Shown here one piece after another: positions 27,391 to 36,675 of a DNA stretch of 64,000 nucleotides. A program made the translations under genes and the position numbers. The number at the start of each line of letters is the position of its first letter. Positions within the stretch are counted from its first letter, which is position 1. The notes under the pieces were generated by a model. That model worked only from the letters and a program-made list of their open reading frames with translations. It was not told where the DNA came from and ran no database searches. This DNA comes from a virus: positions 1 through 64,000 of IMG/VR virus record IMGVR_UViG_3300032805_000003. One strand, given 5' to 3'.

Positions 27391-27911
27391 GGCTGGTACC
27401 GGATCAGCGGCTCGTCGCCGCGGACGAACAACGGATGCCGCGGCTGGCCGTTCGCAGTCAGCCCCAGGCAGTGCAGCTGGACGCCGTCCAGCAAAGCGAG
27501 GACGTCCCGGGCGCGGCCGCGGTGAGCGCCGTGCAACCCCCAGGCTGCGACGACCACCGGCGACGACTCAGCGCGCGCCTTGATGACCAGGTTGTTGTCC
27601 GGTCCTTCGGGCGCCAGGTGCTTGATCATCACACGCGGGTGGGTGGCCCGCAGCGCGAACAGATTCACCACCGCCAGCCCGTCATACCCCCAGGCTTTGC
27701 TGTAGGCGATGCACCGGCGGATCGTCGGATCATCGGTGTTCTCGTCGGCGGTCGACGGGTTCAGCATGATCCAGGTCACGCAGTACGGCTTGGGACCCCA
27801 GTGGCGGGTCAGGTCGTACCGGTACACCCGGTCCGGGCTGAACACCGCCCGGCTGGACTGGCCGAACAAGTCCAGATCTAGTCCGGTCGTCTCGACTGGG
27901 GCGGCGGTCAT
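27387..27911 (-). CDS. DUF1643-domain protein
   Basis: YRYDLTRHW...IMLNPSTAD...DDPTIRRC...VVNLFALRAT.P...VVAAWG...QPRHPL. Confidence 0.9.
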   Translation of the reverse strand: MTAAPVETTGLDLDLFGQSSRAVFSPDRVYRYDLTRHWGPKPYCVTWIMLNPSTADENTDDPTIRRCIAYSKAWGYDGLAVVNLFALRATHPRVMIKHLAPEGPDNNLVIKARAESSPVVVAAWGLHGAHRGRARDVLALLDGVQLHCLGLTANGQPRHPLFVRGDEPLIRYQP

Positions 27912-29050
27912 CGGGAGTTCTCCGTCCGCATCGGCATCACCAGCGCGCGGAACTGGTCGTCTTCGGCGCGGGTGACCAGCGCCGGCTTGAACGACCCGGT
28001 CATCCGGATCCGGACCTGCCCGGGCACTGGCAGCAGGGCGTCTCGCAGCAGTTCGGGCCCGAACCCGATCTCCAGCGGCCCGCCTTCGGTCTTGGCCGGC
28101 AAAGATTCGACGGCGGTGATCGCCGCGCCGGTGCCGGCCCGCAGCGTCAGTTCCCCGTCGCCGACCTTCAGATGGATCGCGGTCTTGCGCTCGGCGGCGA
28201 TCCCGACCCGCTTGATCACCTGAACGAGCCCGGCCGCGTCGGCTTCGACGACGACCGGGAACTCCCGGTTCTTGCCCATCAGCGACCGGTAATCCACGAA
28301 CTCGCCGCCGGCGCACCGGATCGTCACCCGCCGGCGCCCCAGGTCGCTGGCGAACCCGGCCAGCCCGGTCCCGTCCGAACCCGGATCCGGCAGGCTGATG
28401 GTGATCTCGCCGGCGTCGGGCAGGCCTTTGACGAACGCCGCCAGCGCTTTGCCCGGGACCAGCGCCGTCCGGGGATCCATGCCCGGGTCAGCCGGGGTCC
28501 AGGGCAGGTCGACGGTCGCGAGCTCGTACCGGTCGGTGGCAGCCAGCACCAGCCCGGTCTTGCTGGCTTCCAGGCACACCGTCGTCAGCACCGGCAATTC
28601 GGTGTCGCTGCTGACGGCGGGCAGCACGCTGGCGACCGCCTGAGCGAACCCGGCCGGCGAGCACGACCCGGCCGGCGCGGAAGTCTCCGGGAACTGCGGG
28701 TACTCGTCCAGCGGCAGGGTGTTCAGCGAGAACTTGCTGGTTCCGCACGCCAGCCGGAGCATCGCGCCGTCCAGCTCGAGGTCGGCTGGCTTGGCGGGCA
28801 GGCTGGCGGCGATCGTGGTGAACAGCCGGCCGGGGATCAAGACGGCACCGGGTTTGTCGCTGCGGACACCGGTGACGCTGATCTGAGCGCCGTTGTCGCC
28901 GTCGAACGCGTCGACGATCAGCGTGCCTTCGCGGGCGGTCAGCCGCAGGCCGGCGTAGACCGGGACGTACGGGCGGGCCGGGAGCGTGCGAGCAGCCCAC
29001 GCGGTAGCGCTGGCCAGATCGCTCTGGCTGATGGTGAGTTTCACGGTCAT
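27908..29050 (-). CDS. dnaN: DNA polymerase III beta sliding clamp
   Basis: PARPYVPVYAG, EYPQFP, AATDRYEL, GEFVDYRSL, terminal LVMPMR. Confidence 0.9.
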   Translation of the reverse strand: MTVKLTISQSDLASATAWAARTLPARPYVPVYAGLRLTAREGTLIVDAFDGDNGAQISVTGVRSDKPGAVLIPGRLFTTIAASLPAKPADLELDGAMLRLACGTSKFSLNTLPLDEYPQFPETSAPAGSCSPAGFAQAVASVLPAVSSDTELPVLTTVCLEASKTGLVLAATDRYELATVDLPWTPADPGMDPRTALVPGKALAAFVKGLPDAGEITISLPDPGSDGTGLAGFASDLGRRRVTIRCAGGEFVDYRSLMGKNREFPVVVEADAAGLVQVIKRVGIAAERKTAIHLKVGDGELTLRAGTGAAITAVESLPAKTEGGPLEIGFGPELLRDALLPVPGQVRIRMTGSFKPALVTRAEDDQFRALVMPMRTENSR

Positions 29051-29580
29051 GCTGCCTTTCCGGTTGTGATCGGGCTGGGCCAGAATCTGTTGACCTGCTG
29101 TCCGGACATGCGCAGCCAGCAGCGGACGTGCCAGCGGCTGTAACCGAGGGCAGCCATCTGCCGGACTGCTTCAGCGCGTTCGGCGCTGGTCATCTGGACG
29201 TCGTCGCCGGCGATCACCCGGTCGACAACGGCCTGGTCGAAAAACAGCTGGTTCACGCGGTGACCAGACATCCGCAGACGTTTAGCGACCTGCGAGCGGG
29301 TGAAACCACGGCGCGCCATCTGCCGGACCGCTTCAGCGCGTTCCAGGCGGGTGAGCGGGACGTCTTCGCCGTCGATCGCCCGTTCAACCGCGACGTCGTC
29401 GACGAAAGCGTCAGGCGGCGGCCAGCCGCCGGCGCGGCGGGCAGCTGCGCGGGCTGCCCGGCAGATGTCATCGAGCGGTTCATGGCGGTACCGGTGCCGG
29501 GCGATCGCCGCGGCGGTGCCGCAAGGCTGGATCCACCGGGCGCCGTAGCGGGTGTCGTCCCGGCGCTGGTTCCGGATCAC
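29047..29580 (-). CDS. Tandem-HTH DNA-binding protein
   Basis: Two internal repeats ERAEAVRQMA..G..R..V...LRMSG..VN. Confidence 0.7.
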   Translation of the reverse strand: MIRNQRRDDTRYGARWIQPCGTAAAIARHRYRHEPLDDICRAARAAARRAGGWPPPDAFVDDVAVERAIDGEDVPLTRLERAEAVRQMARRGFTRSQVAKRLRMSGHRVNQLFFDQAVVDRVIAGDDVQMTSAERAEAVRQMAALGYSRWHVRCWLRMSGQQVNRFWPSPITTGKAA

Positions 29581-29876
29581 TGGTCACCACCCATCGCGGC
29601 CCGGACCGCGGCGATCCCCCGCCGGGACGCCTCCGCTTGCCTGGGATCCGGCTGGGCGGGCCGGCGCGCATGCAGCGGGTTGCGGGACGCTTCCGTCAGA
29701 TCACGCGGGCCGGCCTGCTCGTCGACCATCAGCCGGACGGTCTCCTGCAAGATCCGGGGCCATGGCCAGCCGGCGGAACGGACAGCGCCGATCGCGCCGG
29801 CGAGCCGGTCCCGGTCCCAGTCCGGCCGGACTGCGGCGGCCAGGTCGATCAGCTGGAGGGTGGCGACTTCGATCAC
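29577..29876 (-). CDS. Hypothetical protein
   Basis: LAAAVRPDWD motif; coupled. Confidence 0.65.
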   Translation of the reverse strand: MIEVATLQLIDLAAAVRPDWDRDRLAGAIGAVRSAGWPWPRILQETVRLMVDEQAGPRDLTEASRNPLHARRPAQPDPRQAEASRRGIAAVRAAMGGDQ

Positions 29877-30436
29877 GGTTCGCTCCTTCGTGGCTGGCGT
29901 CGTGATTCGGCGGCTTGCCGGCGCGCGATCGCTTGCGGGCTTTCGATCGCCCGCCGCCGGGCCGGCCCTAGGATCTGCCTGAGTTCTCCGAACGCGGCCC
30001 GCAGCGACGCGGGCGGCCCGTTCGTTCGCATCACCGGCGCGGCGAGCGCCCGGAACGCGCTGGTGACCGGCAAAGCGTGGCCGTCGCCAGCGCGCCGGAT
30101 GTTCGCCTGCAACGCAGCCTGGAAAGCTGGCGGGTTGTCGGCCAGTTCTGCGGGCGGGTCGTCGACGACCGACTTCTTGATCCGTTCGGCGCGGGTTGCC
30201 CTGACCCGGCGCCGGATGTCAGCGGGCATGATCCAGTCCCGCGTTTCGCGGTAATGCGCCTGGACGGCTTGCGCGCAGTCGGCGTAAGTCAGGTCGCCGA
30301 TCATCTCCAGCCAGAACCCGATCACGGCGTTGCGGCCTTCGACGTCGTCTTCGTCCGGCGGCTTGCGGTTGTCCGCGAGCGCCATCAGGCCGAGCAGTTT
30401 GCCGACTTCGCCGGGAGTCATCCGGGGCTGGTTCAC
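29873..30436 (-). CDS. Putative helicase loader/inhibitor-like replication protein
   Basis: DNRKP...W.EMIGDLTYADCAQAVQAHYRETRDWIMPADI; follows initiator. Confidence 0.65.
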   Translation of the reverse strand: MNQPRMTPGEVGKLLGLMALADNRKPPDEDDVEGRNAVIGFWLEMIGDLTYADCAQAVQAHYRETRDWIMPADIRRRVRATRAERIKKSVVDDPPAELADNPPAFQAALQANIRRAGDGHALPVTSAFRALAAPVMRTNGPPASLRAAFGELRQILGPARRRAIESPQAIARRQAAESRRQPRRSEP

Positions 30437-31386
30437 CGGCCCGCGCCCCCTTCCGCCTCGAAACCGAGCCCGGCGTCCATCCAGCCGCGCGCCCGGTCCG
30501 GCGCTGACGGTGAGGCAGGCCTGCTGCCGTTGCGCTGTCCGGCGCCCCGGATTTCGCCGAGGGCGACGGTGATCGTGCCGCCCGAGACCGGCCGGCGTTC
30601 GCGGGCGAGCTTGTCGAGTGCCCGTGCTACGTCGTTGCGCGGAAGCCCGTTGGCGATGGCGGTGCGGATGACGCCGCGGATGGCCAGGAACGGCTGGGCG
30701 GTTGCGGACTTGTGGTGTTCCCAGAACGCGGCGGCCAGCTCGTCGGCGACGTCGTGCTTGCGCTGTCCTCGCCGCTGGGGTGCAACTGGTTGCACCCCAG
30801 GGTTTTCGGCCGCCGTGGTTGTACCTGAGCTATCTGCACCTACAGGTACATCAAGGGGGTTGAGGTTAGTAGTTAGTTTGGGTGCAATGGGTTTCACCCC
30901 AGGCGACGCTGTATTGCACCCCAGCAAATCGGACACTTGAGGTGCAGTGGGTTGCACCCCAGGGGATTCATGCAGGTCAGAGCCGGTTTGGGGTGCAATA
31001 GGTTGCACGTCAGCCTGGGGTGAATCTGGTTGCACCCCAAGGTCAGCCTGGGGTGCAACCGGTTGCACCCCTTGGGGTGAACCTGATTGCACCCCAGCGA
31101 CGCGCTCCATCGCCAGGTCATAGACCATCGGACGACGGTTCTGCGGCAGGTCCCCGGTCAGCGACTGGTCCCCAGGACGGATCAGGCCGAGTCCGACAAG
31201 AAGCGCCAGGTCGTACCGCACCTGACGCTGGCTCTTGCGGGCATAGCCGCTCAAGGTGAGAGCGCTCGGGAAGGCTCCGCGGCCTTGCTTGTCGGCGTGG
31301 TGGGCGAGGCCGAACAGGGAGCCGACGCACTGCGGCGGAACGTCTGGCGCGTCGCGAAGCGCCCACACGATCGCCTCGTAGCTCAT
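30433..31386 (-). CDS. Replication initiator (N-terminal wHTH, lambda O-like organisation)
   Basis: MSYEAIVWAL...LAHHAD..G..AFPS..TL..Y...S.R.V...L..L; internal repeat array. Confidence 0.8.
   Translation of the reverse strand: MSYEAIVWALRDAPDVPPQCVGSLFGLAHHADKQGRGAFPSALTLSGYARKSQRQVRYDLALLVGLGLIRPGDQSLTGDLPQNRRPMVYDLAMERVAGVQSGSPQGVQPVAPQADLGVQPDSPQADVQPIAPQTGSDLHESPGVQPTAPQVSDLLGCNTASPGVKPIAPKLTTNLNPLDVPVGADSSGTTTAAENPGVQPVAPQRRGQRKHDVADELAAAFWEHHKSATAQPFLAIRGVIRTAIANGLPRNDVARALDKLARERRPVSGGTITVALGEIRGAGQRNGSRPASPSAPDRARGWMDAGLGFEAEGGAGR
30776..31096. repeat. Palindromic iteron-like array, putative origin of replication
   Basis: About 8 copies of TGGGGTGCAA-N4-TTGCACCCCA with a lower-GC stretch near 30820-30880. 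Confidence 0.8.
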
Positions 31387-31479
31387 GCTGCATCCCGGCG
31401 GGGAAGCCCCGCCCGCCGCATGGCGCTCATTGTCACCGATTCCCACCGTCTGCTTTTTCCGTTTCGCGTACTTGTGGTA

Positions 31480-31508
31480 TGCCTACACTACACGTTGCAT
31501 CGTGGCAA
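31480..31508 (-). promoter_or_regulatory. Putative promoter of replication genes
   Basis: TTGCCA-17-TAGGCA in a lower-GC intergenic region. Confidence 0.45.
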
Positions 31509-31582
31509 CGCTACCTGTAGGCGAATGCCGTGTAAATATGGCATACTGGTGACGTGGCCTAGAGACGTGCCACGATTAGGGA

Positions 31583-31837
31583 GTGACCGACGACATGGCT
31601 GGAGTGCTCGCCGCGCATCAGGCGTATCTGGACGCCCCCGACGAAGCGAGAGAACTACTCGCCCGCCGCCGCGCCCAGCTTGGTCTTGCGGTCGCCCGGG
31701 AACGAGGCCAGGGCACATCGCAGAGAGCCATCGCTGAACGACTCGGCCGGACCCGCGAGCAGATCCGCCGTTATCAGCAGGCCTACGACGACTGGCAGCA
31801 TGACCACCCTGACGAGCAGCTAGAAGCAGTCGGCTAG
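31583..31837 (+). CDS. Small HTH regulator, opposite to the surrounding operon
   Basis: GTSQRAIAERLGRTREQIRRY. Confidence 0.75.
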   Translation: MTDDMAGVLAAHQAYLDAPDEARELLARRRAQLGLAVARERGQGTSQRAIAERLGRTREQIRRYQQAYDDWQHDHPDEQLEAVG

Positions 31838-31840
31838 CCA

Positions 31841-32182
31841 TCAGGCAGCCGCCTTCCAGCCCAGGTACTTGCGGCGCGTCTTCCGTCCCAGATGCCAGTG
31901 CCCGGCCGGGCACCGGTACTCGTTCAGCCCCTGACCTTTCCGGTGCTTAGGCATCCGCCGGATCGCGGCCCTGGCGAGAGCCTGAGTCTCGTACCGGGTC
32001 TTCCACGGATGCAGGCACCGGCCAGTTTTGACCAGCCCGGCCAGCTCGGCTGGCTCGTCGTCCCGCTCGAGGCGGGCCAGCCATTGCCGGTAAGCAGCTT
32101 GACGGTCTTCAGCTTCGCGGCGGCGGCGGGCCCGCAGCACCCGCAGCGCGCCGCGGTGCTGCGGGCCGGTGAAACGCGACAT
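31841..32182 (-). CDS. Hypothetical protein
   Basis: GGAGG RBS; KTRY....A...YRCP.GHWHL motif. Confidence 0.65.
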   Translation of the reverse strand: MSRFTGPQHRGALRVLRARRRREAEDRQAAYRQWLARLERDDEPAELAGLVKTGRCLHPWKTRYETQALARAAIRRMPKHRKGQGLNEYRCPAGHWHLGRKTRRKYLGWKAAA

Positions 32183-32184
32183 CT

Positions 32185-32556
32185 TCACACCTCCGGCTGA
32201 TAGTCGCGGCAGGCGGGCCACCAGACCCGGACGTCTGTCGCTGCACCGTTAGTGACCCGCACCGGGCGGCCGGTGACCGGGCCCGGCAGATAGCACTTGC
32301 CGTAGACCCGGTCGTGGTGCCTGAGCAGCTGGCGGAACTGGCAACTGCCGCACCGCAACCCGGGTGCTGTCCGGTCAGCAGCGGGTGCGGCGTCTGGGTG
32401 CAACGGCAGCGGGAACCCCAGCGGTGACGACAGCGGGTGCCGGCCGCTGGCGAGCAATTCCGCCTGCCGCCGGGTCCGGCGCTGGTCTGCTGACTCATGC
32501 TCGGCAGGTTCAGCGGGCAGCCCGGGGTCGACGTGGAACAGTTCAATCTGGCTCAT
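32185..32556 (-). CDS. Hypothetical Cys-containing protein
   Basis: GRHPL...RCGSC...KC...ATDVRVWWPAC. Confidence 0.7.
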   Translation of the reverse strand: MSQIELFHVDPGLPAEPAEHESADQRRTRRQAELLASGRHPLSSPLGFPLPLHPDAAPAADRTAPGLRCGSCQFRQLLRHHDRVYGKCYLPGPVTGRPVRVTNGAATDVRVWWPACRDYQPEV

Positions 32557-32794
32557 CGCTTTCTCCGTGGTTCAGGTACGGCCCGATCCGGATAGGAGGC
32601 AGGCCGTCGATACGCGTGAGCTCGGCCGCCGACATGCCATCGGGCGGCAGCGTCGGCGGCAGAGTGACGATCAGCGCGACGGCGGGACGGCTAGCGCCAC
32701 CCCGGCGGCCGCGGCGAGCGCGCAGACGATCAAGCCAACGGCCAGCCAGGCAAGTCCTCGTATGACGACCCGGGCGGTCTTGGCGGCGGCGCAT
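32543..32794 (-). CDS. Hypothetical protein
   Basis: Operon context only. Confidence 0.4.
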   Translation of the reverse strand: MRRRQDRPGRHTRTCLAGRWLDRLRARRGRRGGASRPAVALIVTLPPTLPPDGMSAAELTRIDGLPPIRIGPYLNHGESDEPD

Positions 32795-32795
32795 C

Positions 32796-33113
32796 TCACT
32801 GCGCCTCCCGGCCGTGCGCGCCGGCCTTCAAGAACTGGCCGGTGACCGGATCCCGCGGCCGTTCAGCGGCGAGAGCCGCCAGATGCGGGTTGCGAGTGCT
32901 GCGCGCTTGCGCTGGCCGGTCAGCAGCCGGCCGGCTGATCGGCGGCGCGGTCTTGTCGATGCTGGCCAGCAGCTGGCGCAGCGGGACCAGCTTGGGTTCC
33001 GGCGGCTTCCGGCGCGCGGGAGCGGTCCGCAGCCGGCCAGCGACCAGCCCGCCCGCCAGGACCAGGTTTTCGACGACCAGCCCGCCGGCGACGACGACAC
33101 CGGCGGCGCTCAC
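32796..33113 (-). CDS. Hypothetical membrane-anchored protein
   Basis: GTGA coupling; C-terminal RDPVTGQF motif. Confidence 0.55.
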   Translation of the reverse strand: MSAAGVVVAGGLVVENLVLAGGLVAGRLRTAPARRKPPEPKLVPLRQLLASIDKTAPPISRPAADRPAQARSTRNPHLAALAAERPRDPVTGQFLKAGAHGREAQ

Positions 33114-33373
33114 GCTGGCTCTCCCGCCTGGTCGCCAGAGCCGGCGACCTGGCCGGCTGCAGCGGTCTGGACGGCGGCGAGCTCGGCCGCCCGGCGGGCT
33201 AGCGCTCGTTCGAGGCACGCTGCAGCCTCGTCCGGGTTAGTGCTGGTGGCGGTCGGGCAGTAGTGGGTGCCGTCGCCGGGTGACACCATCTCGCCGGCGG
33301 GGCGCTCCAGCGCGCACAGCGAGCACGCAGCCGTCTCAGCTTCAGTCGTAGACAAGGTCACGGTCGTAGACAT
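33110..33373 (-). CDS. Hypothetical protein
   Basis: AAAGGA RBS; CSLC...YC. Confidence 0.5.
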   Translation of the reverse strand: MSTTVTLSTTEAETAACSLCALERPAGEMVSPGDGTHYCPTATSTNPDEAAACLERALARRAAELAAVQTAAAGQVAGSGDQAGEPA

Positions 33374-33375
33374 GA

Positions 33376-33690
33376 TCACGGTCGTTGGTTCCTTTCTGGT
33401 TCGTTCACAAGCGGGTAGCGGGTGAGCATGCAGAAGGCGATCGCCAGCTGGTCTTCCTGATCGGGAGTCAAGACGTCGCCGTCGACTGGCCGGCCCGGAT
33501 GCTGCGCCGGCGTTGGCGGCAGCGATGTCATCGGCGGCTTGGACGCCGGCGGCGGCGCGGGTGGAAGGCGACGGCCGTGGACCGCGTTGACTGCCCGGGT
33601 CGCCAGGATCGCGACGCAAACCAGGCCGCCGAGGATCAGGTAAGCGATCACACAGCCGACCGAATAGTCGTACGGGGTGACGGTGTTCAT
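33376..33690 (-). CDS. Membrane protein
   Basis: N-terminal TM helix; ATGA coupling. Confidence 0.55.
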   Translation of the reverse strand: MNTVTPYDYSVGCVIAYLILGGLVCVAILATRAVNAVHGRRLPPAPPPASKPPMTSLPPTPAQHPGRPVDGDVLTPDQEDQLAIAFCMLTRYPLVNEPERNQRP

Positions 33691-34247
33691 GCGACCTCAG
33701 CCCCTTCAGGCGGGCTGAACGTGTACCGGCCGTCAGCCGTCAGCCATCGCCCGGGCCGGCCGGTGCCATAAGGCTTGACCGCGACCAGCAATGGTTTCTG
33801 GCCGGAGTCGAGCAAGAACCCCCGGTCTTTCATCCGTTTCTCTTCGCGGGTGGCCGCGCCATGGCAGCCGGTGTACGGGTCGCCGCACAACAGGGCCGCG
33901 TTCTGGATCGTGTTCCGGGTGCGAGATCCGCCCATTCCCCGGTTGCACCGGTGATGAACCTGCCCGCCGTACAGGCCGAGCCAGCGGCCGCAGCATTCAC
34001 AGCGGGCCTCAAGCGGGTCACCGTCGCCGGCGCGGGTCCGGACCGCCAGCCGGATCTCCGGGGTGAACCCGGTTTCCCGGCGCCGGGGACGTCGCTGGCC
34101 GGCCGGGACGGTGACCTTAGCGGGAACCAGCGGTGACCCGAACCCGCGCCATGGCGGTGCTGTCCCGCGCGCGAGCCCGGTCTTCCTGGCCGGGCCTTCG
34201 CCGCGGGGCATCGGCTTGGTGCGCTGCGGCAGGCCGGAGCGTTTCAC
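33687..34247 (-). CDS. HNH endonuclease-like protein
   Basis: CECC...QVHHR..RGMGGS....N...LC...GCHG. Confidence 0.75.
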   Translation of the reverse strand: MKRSGLPQRTKPMPRGEGPARKTGLARGTAPPWRGFGSPLVPAKVTVPAGQRRPRRRETGFTPEIRLAVRTRAGDGDPLEARCECCGRWLGLYGGQVHHRCNRGMGGSRTRNTIQNAALLCGDPYTGCHGAATREEKRMKDRGFLLDSGQKPLLVAVKPYGTGRPGRWLTADGRYTFSPPEGAEVA

Positions 34248-34906
34248 CGGCCGGCCCCGTACGGCTTGATCAGATCCCAGATGTCGCGGACCTGGCGGGC
34301 GTCGGACAGGGCTTCATGGATCTGGTAGGCGCTCAAGTCCAGCCCGAGCGCGGTCGTGATCTCGCTCAGGCTGGTCGACTCGGGCAACGGCGGCCCGGTC
34401 TTGAGCAGGCCGAGGCCGTGCGGGTCGTCCCACGGGACAGTGTCCGGCAGCTGGCCGGCCAGGTGCCGCTGGCCGGCCAGCCATCCCAGGTACAGGCTGC
34501 CGATGTCAACCAGCCGGTAATCCCACGCCGGTGCCTGACCGTTGGCTCGCAGGAATTTGTCCAGGAACCCGGCGTCGAACGCCGGATTCTTGGCGACGAA
34601 CGCCGCGTCCGCGGTCAGCGCAGCGAACGTCCGGGCTGTTTCGCGCGGGTCAGCCCACGTACAGCCTTTGGTGCGCTGGTAGTACCGGCCGATCCGCAGC
34701 GCGGTCGTCTGCGCGTGCTCCATCGACGGAGGTTCGACCAGCCACCAGTATTCGCCGTCCAGGTAGGCACGGGCTTCTGGACAGTCCGGGCGGATAGTCG
34801 CCCACGGTTCGCGGACGATCAGGCCGATCTCCCACAGATGCCCGGTCAACGGCGAGTCCGTAGTGGTCTCGACGTCGACGAAGCACACTCGCTCGGGCAG
34901 TTTCAT
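34244..34906 (-). CDS. DnaQ-like (DEDDh) 3'-5' exonuclease
   Basis: FVDVETT, NPAFDAGFL, HEALSDA. Confidence 0.85.
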   Translation of the reverse strand: MKLPERVCFVDVETTTDSPLTGHLWEIGLIVREPWATIRPDCPEARAYLDGEYWWLVEPPSMEHAQTTALRIGRYYQRTKGCTWADPRETARTFAALTADAAFVAKNPAFDAGFLDKFLRANGQAPAWDYRLVDIGSLYLGWLAGQRHLAGQLPDTVPWDDPHGLGLLKTGPPLPESTSLSEITTALGLDLSAYQIHEALSDARQVRDIWDLIKPYGAGR

Positions 34907-36597
34907 GCGCTCATCACCGCCAGCTCGTTCACCAGGTCAGCCAGCTGACGGCCATGGCCGGCGGCGGCAAGGTCGAACAACGCGCCCTGCGGCCCGGCCT
35001 CAGCGACGGTCTCTGTGGCGGGCCCGGGCACCGGGGCGGTCTCGGGCTCGGGATCCGGGTCGTCGTCCGGGTCGTCGTCCGGGTCGCCGGCGAGAGCGTC
35101 CAGGAACCGGGCGACCCACGCCAGCCCGGCCGGGTCCAGGACGTACTGGGCGCGGGTGACCGCGACGTAGGCGAGCATCGCGTCAGTGCGCGGGATCTTC
35201 GGCTCGCTGCCGTCGCGGGACTTCGGCTCGCGGAAGTCGTCAGCGATGACGACGTTCCGCCATTCCCGGCCCTTGGCCTTGTGGGCGGTCGAGACGATGA
35301 CGTCTGCTTTGCGCTCGTCGCTGGTGACCCGGTTCAGGATCGCCAGCAGCCCGTCCGTGCCGTGCGAGTCGACCAGGTCAGCGAACACCTTCAGGTCCTG
35401 GCCTTCGGGGTCGTTCTCGACGTAGTCCTGGAACTGGCCCCAGGTCGTGAACCCCATCAGTTCCGGGTGTTCTACCGGCCGGCCCGCCTTCAGGTCCTCG
35501 GCGGCGCGGGTGAGGGCGATCAGTTCGCCGACACCGCCGGCCATCGCGACTTTCAGGCCCTTGTCCAGCAGGCCGATCGCCTGCTTGATCACTTCCGCGT
35601 TGGTCCGGCACAAGATCGCGTCCGGCTGGCCGAGGGCGACTTCACCGACCCGGTCCTGGATCTTGTCCCAGCCGCGGAGCGGCTTGGTGACGCCCAGGAT
35701 CGTCAGCCACTGGTTGCCGACTTCGGCGATCGCCGGCCCGAACCGGAACGACTGGGTCAGCGACAAGACGGTGACCCCGGACTGCTGGCTGAAGTCGCGC
35801 ATCGCGTCGGTCGCGCCGCGCCAGCCGTAGATCGCCTGGTTCTGGTCACCGACCATGATCAGCTGGGTGCCGTACCGGGCCTGCTCGCACACCATCGCGG
35901 CGACGCAAGGGTTCGAGTCCTGCGCCTCGTCCAGCATGATCACGTCGCCGGGCAGGTGCGGGTGGGTCAGCGCGTACGCCTTCAGGTAGTGATCATGGGT
36001 GACCGGGAACCGGCCGTGCGGGTGATGCGGGCTCCCGCTGCCCAAGATCGCTTCAGGCTGGGTGATGTCGTTGTCCCACGCCTTCTGGGCGATCGGCGGG
36101 ACGATCTTCCGCAGCGCGGCGATCTCGGCCGGGTCCGACAGGGACTTGATGTCGGACGGGACATGCCAGCCGGTGATCTTCTCGTCAGCCGAGTAGCAGA
36201 ACTTGGCGATCGTCTGCCGGACCACCGAGGCCAGCTGGCCGGGGGCCAGGACCCGGTCGGCGGTCAGGCGGGCCGGGCCGAGGATCCCCAGCACTCTCGC
36301 CAGCTGGAGGCCGGTCATCCGGCCGCCGCCGATCCGCTTGGCCATGTCGATCATCGGCCGGTACGCCAGCCCGTGGCTGGTGACGCACCTGGCGTTGACC
36401 GGGAACGACCGGGCGGCGTCGTCTTTCGCGGACCGGTTGTAGGCGATGTACAGCACCTTGATGCGCGGGTTGGCGCTGGCCAGCAGCCTGAGTGTCGACG
36501 TCTTGCCGGTGCCGGCGTACGCGCCGATCACCAGGTTCTTGCGCGCCAGGTAGGCGTCGATGATCGCCTGCTGTTCCGGGGTGGGGGTGAAGGTCAC
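34903..36597 (-). CDS. UvrD-like SF1 helicase
   Basis: AYAGTGKT, LDEAQD, VGDQNQAIYGWRG, TQSFRFG, STAHKAKGREW, YVAVTRA. Confidence 0.92.
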   Translation of the reverse strand: MTFTPTPEQQAIIDAYLARKNLVIGAYAGTGKTSTLRLLASANPRIKVLYIAYNRSAKDDAARSFPVNARCVTSHGLAYRPMIDMAKRIGGGRMTGLQLARVLGILGPARLTADRVLAPGQLASVVRQTIAKFCYSADEKITGWHVPSDIKSLSDPAEIAALRKIVPPIAQKAWDNDITQPEAILGSGSPHHPHGRFPVTHDHYLKAYALTHPHLPGDVIMLDEAQDSNPCVAAMVCEQARYGTQLIMVGDQNQAIYGWRGATDAMRDFSQQSGVTVLSLTQSFRFGPAIAEVGNQWLTILGVTKPLRGWDKIQDRVGEVALGQPDAILCRTNAEVIKQAIGLLDKGLKVAMAGGVGELIALTRAAEDLKAGRPVEHPELMGFTTWGQFQDYVENDPEGQDLKVFADLVDSHGTDGLLAILNRVTSDERKADVIVSTAHKAKGREWRNVVIADDFREPKSRDGSEPKIPRTDAMLAYVAVTRAQYVLDPAGLAWVARFLDALAGDPDDDPDDDPDPEPETAPVPGPATETVAEAGPQGALFDLAAAGHGRQLADLVNELAVMSA

Positions 36598-36612
36598 GGG
36601 TATCGTCTCCCT

Positions 36613-36675
36613 GTAGGTTTATCTAGGTTATGTAGTCAAACCTACAGTCGGTCACGAAACCTCGTCAACAGGTTT
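36613..36675 (-). promoter_or_regulatory. Conserved promoter with tandem operators
   Basis: TTGACG-AGGTT..18..TAGGTT; GTAGTCAAACCTAC and GTAGGTTTATCTAG. Confidence 0.75.

Noticed and set aside
30776-31096. CRISPR array
   Set aside because: Repeats are degenerate, spacers are short and irregular, the array lies in a coding frame and no cas genes are present
35056-35088. 12-bp tandem repeat in the helicase tail
   Set aside because: Encodes an acidic DPDD linker; no sign of DNA-level function
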